Shown piece by piece: positions 28,751-36,374 of a stretch of 64,000 bases of DNA. Origin of the DNA: an uncultured Bacteroidales bacterium (GTDB lineage: Bacteria > Bacteroidota > Bacteroidia > Bacteroidales > CAYRRV01); contig CAYRRV010000010.1 of assembly GCA_964426725.1 (NCBI GenBank), forward strand, positions 155 through 64,154, given 5' to 3'. The notes beneath the pieces are model-generated. The model made no database searches and was not told where the DNA came from. It worked only from the letters and a program-made list of their open reading frames with translations. Both the position numbers and the translations under genes were made by a program. Numbering within the stretch: the first letter of the stretch is position 1; each line of letters begins with the position of its first letter.

Positions 28751-30487
28751 ATGATTGTTAAATTTTATTTTATACCCAGGGGCTTATTTTTCCTTTTGTT
28801 TGTATTACAGTTTATTGTGAATTCCATGGCACAAGACTTATCAGACATTAACACTGCAAACCCATTTGTAATTGCCGGTAATGTAAATATGACACAAACG
28901 CTTCGTTATGGAAACGACTATAGCATTGAAAATCCTTATACCAGTATTTATTCAGTTAACCTGAACTGCAAGGTGCTGGGGTGGAGTATTCCTGTTTCAG
29001 GAATATATTCAAATCGGGAATTTAATTATTCACATCCTTTTAACCGATTGTCTTTGAGTCCTTCCTTCAAGTGGATAAAAACCCGGGTCGGGCATACCAG
29101 TATGACTTTTTCTCCCTATACCCTGAGTGGACATTCTTTCACGGGGGGTGGTATAGAATTATCACCACCTGGGAAATTTACAATGAGTGCCATGGCCGGA
29201 CGATTAAAAAAAGCCATGGAAGCAGATACGGTGCATCAAACGGAAAACGCGTTTGCCCGTTGGGGTTACGGGATTAGCGGTGATTTTAATTATAAAAGTG
29301 TAAACCTCGGGGCATCATTTTTTTACGCGAAGGATAATGGTGGATCTGAAATTAATGTTGTAGATAGTTCGCTTGTTAATCCAATGGAAAACCTGGCATC
29401 AAGTTTCCGGTTACAAACCACATTATTCAAAAACCTGACTTTAAAGGGTGAATATGGTATTTCGCTGCTTACGAGTAATATTTACCAGGAAAAATCAGGT
29501 AACCGGTTTCGATTCATGCAAAGAAATCAAAGTTCTGCTGCTCATCATGCATACAAAATTAATTTCACCTACCAGTCGTTGTTGGGAGCTTTTTCTGCAT
29601 CCATGGAACATGTAGACCCCGGTTATAAAACGCTTGGGGCTTACTATTTCGTGAATGATTTCGTGAATTACACCTTGGGGTATGCCGCGGCATTCTTGCA
29701 AAACAAGATCAATCTGTCTTTTACAGGTGGTTTGCAGGAAGATAATCTTTCCAACACACTTTCAACAGGTAACCGGCGAAAGGTAGGCGCTATTTCACTT
29801 GCAATTGTTCCTGTAAAACCTCTAAATCTCCAATTCAACTATTCTGCTTTCAATGATTACACCCATATTGCTGATCCGTTGGAGGAGGTGGGGCGGGTAG
29901 TGCCCTGGATAGAGGAAGATACATTGACTTTTACTCAAGTATCCGAGTCCGCCTCGGCTGGTCTTTCATGGAATATCGAGCAAAAAGAAAATGCCACACA
30001 GTTCCTCTCCCTTAATACCACACTGCAAAAAACCGCTACCGGGCAGCAGGGTAATACCAAAAGCGAGGGGACTGAAATCTTTAACCTTATGGGGGCCTAC
30101 AACCTCTCGTTTACAAAGCAAAAACTATCTCTCTCCGCTACCTTTTCTTTGTCTTGTAACGAATCAGCCGTCCTGAACACTACCTTGTATGGCCCGGGCC
30201 TTTCCCTGCGGCAGCAACTGTTCAGCGGGCTGCTCTCGGTTAATCTTTCCGGTAGTCATCACCAATCACTTCAGCAAAATATTCCCGCCCGCCCGGGTGA
30301 ACCCATTCGCCAAATCAGCTCCATTACCGTACTGCGTGGCGCCGCTTCCCTCAACTTTAAAAAAACTCACCAGCTAACCATTACCCCGGCACTGGCATTT
30401 CGAAAAAAATCAAAAAATACGCGGAATAATGATGGCTCGGTGGTGGTAAGGTACGGTTGTAGGTTCGGGAAAAAAAATGATTATTGA
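28751..30487 (+). CDS. Putative outer-membrane beta-barrel protein (locus gene E)
   Basis: Signal peptide 'FFLLFVLQFIVNSMAQ'. Alternating-hydrophobicity strands throughout ('YGISGDFNYKSVNLGASFFYAKD', 'HAYKINFTYQSLLGAFSASMEH'). I recognise no family. Confidence 0.5.
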   Translation: MIVKFYFIPRGLFFLLFVLQFIVNSMAQDLSDINTANPFVIAGNVNMTQTLRYGNDYSIENPYTSIYSVNLNCKVLGWSIPVSGIYSNREFNYSHPFNRLSLSPSFKWIKTRVGHTSMTFSPYTLSGHSFTGGGIELSPPGKFTMSAMAGRLKKAMEADTVHQTENAFARWGYGISGDFNYKSVNLGASFFYAKDNGGSEINVVDSSLVNPMENLASSFRLQTTLFKNLTLKGEYGISLLTSNIYQEKSGNRFRFMQRNQSSAAHHAYKINFTYQSLLGAFSASMEHVDPGYKTLGAYYFVNDFVNYTLGYAAAFLQNKINLSFTGGLQEDNLSNTLSTGNRRKVGAISLAIVPVKPLNLQFNYSAFNDYTHIADPLEEVGRVVPWIEEDTLTFTQVSESASAGLSWNIEQKENATQFLSLNTTLQKTATGQQGNTKSEGTEIFNLMGAYNLSFTKQKLSLSATFSLSCNESAVLNTTLYGPGLSLRQQLFSGLLSVNLSGSHHQSLQQNIPARPGEPIRQISSITVLRGAASLNFKKTHQLTITPALAFRKKSKNTRNNDGSVVVRYGCRFGKKNDY

Positions 30488-30699
30488 TGGTGATTTGACT
30501 GATAGCGTTTTTGGTTGTCATGGGTCCCGAAATGAATACGATTGGATTGGAAAAGAATAGCTTTGCACAACATCGTGTATAAAGCATTCCTGTTTAGTTG
30601 GTTAATTAAAAAATTTATGGACGGCAGGTTTCATTTTGAGGCGGATAAATATTAAAGAGTTGTAGGGCATTTTACCAAACCATTATCGTATTAAATAAG

Positions 30700-30757
30700 C
30701 TCATATCGTATCGAGTTTTTTGGATATTTATCGAATAATAACGACTCATATCGTATC
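30700..30757. repeat. Perfect 13-bp direct repeat CTCATATCGTATC (30700-30712 and 30745-30757), part of a 4-site ATCG(T/A)A array
   Basis: Read directly. Related sites are CATTATCGTATT (30681-30692) and TATTTATCGAATA (30725-30737). Core spacing is about 20-24 bp. Confidence 0.8.
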
Positions 30758-30775
30758 ATTTTGAAATTTTAATGA

Positions 30776-30783
30776 TATATTTG
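30776..30783 (+). promoter_or_regulatory. -7 box TATATTTG only 4 nt before the fic ATG (implies a leaderless or near-leaderless mRNA)
   Basis: Exact TAnnTTTG match. The ATG is at 30788. Confidence 0.4.
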
Positions 30784-30787
30784 CAGA

Positions 30788-31828
30788 ATGGAAAATAAAG
30801 TATATACATTCACACTTAATATTGACTGGGAATTAATCCGATTAATTAGTCAAATAGACCGTTTTGATGCTTCATGGACTACAATTGAGAATAAAGAAAG
30901 CCAGAGTTTGAAGCAACTAAAATCTATTGCAACAGTTCGTAGTGTTGGTGCTTCAACAAGGATTGAAGGCTCAAAAATGTCTGATGAGGAAGTCGAAATA
31001 TTATTGAAAGAAATTGACATTACCAAAATTGTAGACAGAGATTCTCAAGAAGTTGTTGGTTACTTTGAGACTTTGGATTTAATTTCAGAATCGTATAAGG
31101 ATATTGCAATTTCAGAAAGCAGTTTAAAAAACTTACATAATATTTTACTTAAATACAGCAAAAAAGACGAGTGGCATAAAGGAAATTACAAACAACACAG
31201 CAATGCGGTAGAAGCCAAAATGCCTGATGGAACACGACAGATAATATTTCAAACAACTGAAGCAGGATTTCCGACTGAGGACTCAATGAGAGCATTGATA
31301 GATTGGTACATAAATGACAATGAAACACATCCACTAGTGAAATGTGCATTATTTGCTTACGAATTTATTAGCATTCATCCATTTCAGGATGGAAACGGAC
31401 GATTGAGCAGACTACTTTCGACTTTACTATTGTTAAAACATGGTTACAAGTGGATTCAGTACGTGAGTTTTGAACATGAAATTGAAAGCAGAAAGACTGA
31501 ATACTACCGGGTTTTAAGAAGTTGTCAAGCACAAAGACCAAATGAAGATATTACGGAATGGATTCGCTTTTTCTTTAATGCATTGGGAAATATTCAAAAA
31601 CAGTTAATGATAAAACTAGCAAGTAAAGGAGTAGAAACAAGATTATCTCCACGAGAAAAGTCTATTTTGACTTTTATAGAAAACAATGCTGGATGTAAAT
31701 CAGGTGATATTGCAAAGAGATTAGGGATTCCGAATCCAACCGTCAAAAGGATTTTAAAAGAATTAATTGAGAAAAACTTGATAGAAAAATTCGGTGCTGG
31801 ACCAGGAACTAATTATTCGATTAAATAG
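30788..31828 (+). CDS. Fic family protein (class II, N-terminal inhibitory helix) with C-terminal winged-helix domain
   Basis: Fic motif 'HPFQDGNGRLSR' (31376-31411). Inhibitory motif 'STRIEG' = [ST]xxxE[GN]. C-terminal wHTH 'KSGDIAKRLGIPNPTVKRILKELIEKNLIEK'. Confidence 0.9.
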   Translation: MENKVYTFTLNIDWELIRLISQIDRFDASWTTIENKESQSLKQLKSIATVRSVGASTRIEGSKMSDEEVEILLKEIDITKIVDRDSQEVVGYFETLDLISESYKDIAISESSLKNLHNILLKYSKKDEWHKGNYKQHSNAVEAKMPDGTRQIIFQTTEAGFPTEDSMRALIDWYINDNETHPLVKCALFAYEFISIHPFQDGNGRLSRLLSTLLLLKHGYKWIQYVSFEHEIESRKTEYYRVLRSCQAQRPNEDITEWIRFFFNALGNIQKQLMIKLASKGVETRLSPREKSILTFIENNAGCKSGDIAKRLGIPNPTVKRILKELIEKNLIEKFGAGPGTNYSIK

Positions 31829-32127
31829 AAAAAAATATGTTTTTTATTTTAAATAGAATACTTTTTTGAAAGTAGTTTAGGGTATTTTAATACTTGATGA
31901 TAATTATGGCAACCCCGGCGTAAGAGGATGAGGGCCTGAGATGATGGCTGTCCGCTGCATAATGCCGGCAAAAACCTGCCAGTGTTTGGCAGGCTGGCCC
32001 GGGTTATTAAGGATAATCATTTGATATTTATTCAATCAATAGCAACAGTCAACATTTTTTTTTAAATTTCGTATTAAACCATTATACTATAATCAGGTCA
32101 AAAAGAAAAAACAAAAAAAGACAAAAG

Positions 32128-32547
32128 ATGAGTAGAAAAATTTTCGCGATGGTATCTGTTCTGCTGGTTTGGGGAATGGTATCATCATTCACGACAAGAA
32201 ACGATTTGAATTACATGCAACCTGGTAAATGGGAAAGAATCGGTTCCCGCAAGGTGAATTTTGCCCTCGACAGGGATGTGATTCATGTAGGGCTGAAAGA
32301 AGGAGGCTTTAAAAAGCTAAAAATTGTTGTCACTGGTGGCGCGATCAACATGCATAAAATGGTAGTGCAATACGGGGATGGATCAAAGGACGAGATTCCC
32401 TTGCGCCATAATTTTACAAGAGCCAGTAACTCCCGGATTATCGATTTGGAAGGTCGCAAAAGAGTGATCCGGGATATCACCTTCTGGTACGATACCAAAG
32501 CCAGATCAAGACGAAGAGCTACCGTGCATGTTTACGCGCGGCATTAG
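32128..32547 (+). CDS. Small secreted hypothetical protein (possibly DUF2541-like)
   Basis: N-terminal hydrophobic signal 'IFAMVSVLLVWGMVSS'. All-beta-looking 139-aa body. The family guess is from memory only. Confidence 0.4.
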   Translation: MSRKIFAMVSVLLVWGMVSSFTTRNDLNYMQPGKWERIGSRKVNFALDRDVIHVGLKEGGFKKLKIVVTGGAINMHKMVVQYGDGSKDEIPLRHNFTRASNSRIIDLEGRKRVIRDITFWYDTKARSRRRATVHVYARH

Positions 32548-32566
32548 TTAATGTCTGTCAATACAG

Positions 32567-32816
32567 TTGGTTATGTGGACTTTTTTCGAGCGCCTCGGGA
32601 ACCGGGGCGTGATTCTCGGTAACTGGAAACTGGTAAGCTACAAGGAACAACCCTGGGAACTATATGACCTCAAAACCGACAGGGGAGAAACAATGAACCT
32701 GGCAGATGAATCTCCCGGAATAAAAGCGGAACTGGAACAATTGTATTTCAATCTGGGCAGATCGTATCAATGTGCTGCCAAGAGCAGTGGTAAAAGAAGC
32801 AATACCCTATGATTAG
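32567..32816 (+). pseudogene. Sulfatase C-terminal remnant (last ~80 codons only, with a frameshift)
   Basis: 'GNWKLVSYKEQPWELYDLKTDRGETMNLADESPGIKAELEQL' is the conserved sulfatase tail. The expected 'W..RINVLP' ending appears in another frame (tgg gca gat cgt atc aat gtg ctg cca ... tag at 32814-32816). No N-terminal catalytic part lies upstream. Confidence 0.75.
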
Positions 32817-33052
32817 TGAGGTAGGTCGGCACCGACAGTTATTGGCCCGACCTCGTGACCCCGGTCGGGAGTGATTTATTGTTATTTGTAGTTATTTTTC
32901 CGACTTCTTTGCCAGCACCCAGCAACACGCGCTACTCTGTATCTCAGCGCGGACGATTTTCGTGCTTCTTCGCGCCTCAGGGAGTGCCAGGCCAAGGCCA
33001 ACTTTTCGGCCATCTCCCTGTTATATAATATAGAACCTAAAACACGCGCGTT

Positions 33053-34429
33053 ATGAAAACATTATATACCTTCATTTTTGCTTCCTTTCTGTTTTCGTCT
33101 ATACAGGCACAAACCTTTATTGGTGATACAGAAGTTGAAACCCGAAACGTGGTTACCAATCTCACTGTTCCCTGGGAAATTATGTGGGGGCCGGATAATT
33201 ATATCTGGTTCACGGAAAGAACGGGGAAGGTGTCAAGAGTAAATCCGGAAACAGGTGATCTTTTTCAGTTGCTTGATATTTCAGCAGCACATAATTTTAG
33301 CGAGGGTGGTTTGCTTGGAATGGCACTGCATCCCGGTTTTGATAGCAATCCTCAAGTTTTCCTGGTATACTCCTACCAGTCAGATGGTGGAGGTATTGAA
33401 GAAAGATTGGTACGTTACACGTACGATGGTACAGCGCTTGTTTCACCTGAAATCCTTATTGATAATATTGAAGGCGCTGCCAATCATAATGGATCAAGAC
33501 TGGTAATCGACCCGGCTGATAACACCCTTTACATGACTACAGGGGATGCCACGAACCAGGATTTGCCTCAGGATTTAAGTTCCCTGAATGGAAAAATCCT
33601 ACGGCTAAACCTGGATGGTACGGTACCGGAAGATAATCCTTTCAGGGATAGTTACGTCTGGACGTCGGGACACCGCAACCCGCAGGGACTCGTGCTCTCA
33701 CCCAATGGCTACCTTTACAGTTCTGAACACGGACCATCTACAGACGATGAAATCAACCTTATTGAAAAAGGAAAAAATTATGGATGGCCCACTGTGAAAG
33801 GATTTTGCGATATGCAGAATGAAAAGGACTTTTGTGCTGACTCCAATGTTGTTGAGCCACTGTTTGCCTGGACACCCACCATTGCAACTGCAGGACTCGA
33901 CTTTTATACCCATGATGCTATCCCGGAATGGCAGGGAAAACTTTTATTAGTCACTTTAAAAGAAAGCGATCTGCGCTCGTTTACCCTCGGCAATAATGGT
34001 CGTTCTATAACCGGGGAAGATATTTGGTTTAACGGTGAATATGGCCGATTGCGGGATTTATGTATTTCACCCGACGGCAGGGTATTTATCGCCACCAGCA
34101 CTCGCGATGGGAGAGGAGATCCCGGGCCTGAAGATGACCGGATTATTGAAATAAAAGCAGTATCCGCGAACCAGGTTACAACAGTAAACCAGCAAAAAAA
34201 CTGGAATGTCTTTCCTAACCCGGTTACCGGAAATGTAATCAATATCATATCTCCCGGGAATAGTGAATATGATATTGTTGTTTACAATAGTACCGGGATG
34301 AAAATATCTGAATTCCCGGGACTTGCAGGAAAATCAAATCAAATTACCGCTCCCGAGCAAAGTGGAATGTATATCCTTGAATTAATATCGGTAGAATACA
34401 CGGTGAGAAAGAAAGTTACGCGGTTTTAG
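33053..34429 (+). CDS. PQQ-dependent sugar (glucose/sorbosone) dehydrogenase with T9SS type A C-terminal domain
   Basis: 'GLLGMALHPGF', 'HNGSRLVIDP...LYMTTGD', 'GHRNPQGL' and 'EHGPSTDDEINLIEKGKNYGWP'. C-terminus 'WNVFPNPVTGNVINIIS...GMYILELIS'. Confidence 0.85.
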   Translation: MKTLYTFIFASFLFSSIQAQTFIGDTEVETRNVVTNLTVPWEIMWGPDNYIWFTERTGKVSRVNPETGDLFQLLDISAAHNFSEGGLLGMALHPGFDSNPQVFLVYSYQSDGGGIEERLVRYTYDGTALVSPEILIDNIEGAANHNGSRLVIDPADNTLYMTTGDATNQDLPQDLSSLNGKILRLNLDGTVPEDNPFRDSYVWTSGHRNPQGLVLSPNGYLYSSEHGPSTDDEINLIEKGKNYGWPTVKGFCDMQNEKDFCADSNVVEPLFAWTPTIATAGLDFYTHDAIPEWQGKLLLVTLKESDLRSFTLGNNGRSITGEDIWFNGEYGRLRDLCISPDGRVFIATSTRDGRGDPGPEDDRIIEIKAVSANQVTTVNQQKNWNVFPNPVTGNVINIISPGNSEYDIVVYNSTGMKISEFPGLAGKSNQITAPEQSGMYILELISVEYTVRKKVTRF

Positions 34430-34551
34430 ACGTGACTGATTTTTCTACCTGTCAGGTACTTGCTGAAAACCAGTTAGGTCTTTTCGGTAAGTAAAAAGGT
34501 ATTTTATATCATTTTTCTTATCTTTAAAATAATTTAATTATAAAGATAGCC

Positions 34552-35040
34552 ATGTACGAAACCGGTAAAATCATCATAAAACCCACGCTCATTGAAGATA
34601 TTCCCACTATTATGCAATTCGAGGAGAAGAATTCTGAATTCGTGGGCCGGTATAGCCACGAGCGTCATCTGCAGGTTATTCACGATGAAAATGAAGTTCA
34701 TTTTTCTATTTTTGATAAATCTGATAATAAACTGGTAGGGCATCTTATTTTCGCCGGACTTATGGAGCCAAACCAAACGATTGAATTCAGAAGACTTACC
34801 ATCATCAGGAAAGGAAAAGGATTAGGCCGCGACGCGGTGAAACTGGTAAAGGAAATAGGATTTCAGGCTTTTGGAGCACACAGGATATGGCTCGACGTGT
34901 TCGAGGATAATCACCGGGCCATCTCGATATACGAGTCAGAAGGTTTTGTCAGGGAAGGGTTACTGAGAGAAAAAGTGAAACAAGGTAACAAGAGACGTTC
35001 CATGTGGATAATGTCTATATTGAAACATGAATGGAAATAA
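34552..35040 (+). CDS. GNAT family N-acetyltransferase
   Basis: Acetyl-CoA motif A region 'IIRKGKGLGRDAVKLV'. About 160 aa, RimJ/RimL-like layout. Confidence 0.8.
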   Translation: MYETGKIIIKPTLIEDIPTIMQFEEKNSEFVGRYSHERHLQVIHDENEVHFSIFDKSDNKLVGHLIFAGLMEPNQTIEFRRLTIIRKGKGLGRDAVKLVKEIGFQAFGAHRIWLDVFEDNHRAISIYESEGFVREGLLREKVKQGNKRRSMWIMSILKHEWK

Positions 35041-35055
35041 TACCAAAGACCATAA

Positions 35056-35244
35056 TCAACCATTGGGCGAGTGGTCGATTCCTTTTTCCCTGAGGGCTTG
35101 AAGGTTTGTGCCGAGGTAATAATACAGGGTACTCGTGGGTGAAGATTCTGCTTTCCCGGTGATAAATGCAGAGATATCGTTCCCGTTAATAGTTCTGTTT
35201 TCCGGTACGTGGGAACCGGCAATGCTATTAATAACATCTTGCAA
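35056..35244 (-). pseudogene. Second sulfatase remnant (internal C-terminal-domain fragment)
   Basis: 'DVINSIAGSHVPENRTINGNDISAFITGKAESSPTSTLYYYLGTNLQALREKG' matches the 'D..PT...aG...P....DG.sl.p.l.G......lyy......a.r.g' region of sulfatases. No catalytic N-terminus: the PorP gene stop is 47 nt upstream. Confidence 0.6.
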
Positions 35245-35291
35245 TAAAATTCCTGCAAGATATAAATATTAGAAGTAAAAATGAATATTTT

Positions 35292-36296
35292 CTAAAAATC
35301 CGGGCAGGGAACGATTCGCGGTTTTCTTTTTACCTTCAGTTTAAAACTGTAAGTAAAGGACAATTCATGAGCCCCGCCGGTAGACCCGGTTAGCCTGGAT
35401 ATGGTCAGATCATATGAATACCCGATACTCATGTTTTCAATCTTGTAACCGGCTAATAATACAATGGCATCCTGATTAAACTTGGGCTTAACAAGAGGGA
35501 TTCCCCTGTACCAGACACCCAACACGAGGGGTTTCTTGTAAAGATAAGTGCCCAGGTCGAATTGGTTGTATTCACCCTGTTGCTTGTACATGAAGGCAAT
35601 TTGCAGGCTCGCGTCGTATGGCCGGTATAGTCTTCCTTTCCGGATAATTTTAGTGCCCCCGAAAAAAGAGTACTTGATGGGAACGTACCCGTGTTCCTGT
35701 CGTTTTGTTTCTACATTGTAAAGTGACTGGCTTGGTGTCATCAGGTGATCAACGGCGAATCCAACCCAGAACTTATCTGAATACCCCATCACGGATGATG
35801 AAAAATCAACACTTTTCCGGCTTTCCAGCGGAATAAATTCTGCCGAGTAGGGGGAATTCCCAATTACTGATATTTGGTCGTGCCAAAGGAGTTTTTCCTG
35901 ATCGATGGAACGCTCACTGTAAAAAGCATGAATCCCGGGCCTGATATGCCAGTAATCAGAAATTTTAAAATCGAAGGAGTATTGTAAACCCAGGTTGGTA
36001 AGTGCCAGATTTCCACTACCGGCCTCATCTTTTAAAGCAAAAAATCCAAGACCACTGTTAAAAGCTTCAAAATAGTGGTCAAACGAGAAGGAATAGGTGT
36101 CAAATGCTCCCGGGATCTCCGGCCATTGCTTGCGGTAATTCATGCCTACCCGCGTATCTTCCACCAGTCCGGCAAAAGAAGGCGCCAGGTACAGGGGATT
36201 GGAAAAAAACTGCGAGAACTGCGGATCCTGTCCTGTTACCCTGACAGGAATTATCAGCATACCAAAAACAATTAATATGAAACTTTTCCTTATCAT
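35292..36296 (-). CDS. PorP/SprF family type IX secretion system membrane protein
   Basis: 'QDPQFSQFFSNPLYLAPSFAG' N-terminal signature and '...PCPDF' C-terminus. Lies immediately downstream of a type-B-CTD protein, the usual pairing. Confidence 0.85.
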   Translation of the reverse strand: MIRKSFILIVFGMLIIPVRVTGQDPQFSQFFSNPLYLAPSFAGLVEDTRVGMNYRKQWPEIPGAFDTYSFSFDHYFEAFNSGLGFFALKDEAGSGNLALTNLGLQYSFDFKISDYWHIRPGIHAFYSERSIDQEKLLWHDQISVIGNSPYSAEFIPLESRKSVDFSSSVMGYSDKFWVGFAVDHLMTPSQSLYNVETKRQEHGYVPIKYSFFGGTKIIRKGRLYRPYDASLQIAFMYKQQGEYNQFDLGTYLYKKPLVLGVWYRGIPLVKPKFNQDAIVLLAGYKIENMSIGYSYDLTISRLTGSTGGAHELSFTYSFKLKVKRKPRIVPCPDF

Positions 36297-36374
36297 TCAA
36301 ATATTCATCTATTCACAACTTATTCACAACTTAAATACTACCTAATAACCACCCAATCATTACCTGTTTCCAAA

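Noticed and set aside
16403-30487. Interpretation of genes B and E as a TamB/TamA (translocation and assembly module) pair.
   Set aside because: Only the sizes fit. Gene E shows no POTRA-like alpha/beta N-terminal domains. I cannot see a DUF490-like C-terminus in B. FN3 and SprB-repeat genes also lie between them. I kept this only as a comparison to test.
32567-35244. A simple inversion of 32.56-35.05 kb that split one sulfatase gene into the two fragments.
   Set aside because: Both fragments appear to include the same conserved 'aromatic-rich ... A/V-x-R/L-x-G' stretch just before the WKL motif ('FFERLGNRGVILGNWKL' versus 'LYYYLGTNLQALREKG'). They overlap rather than abut, so two different parent genes are more likely.
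34911-35258. A 115-aa minus-strand ORF overlapping the GNAT 3' end.
   Set aside because: Its C-terminal half is antisense to the well-supported GNAT gene. Only the separate 35056-35244 frame shows similarity to sulfatases.
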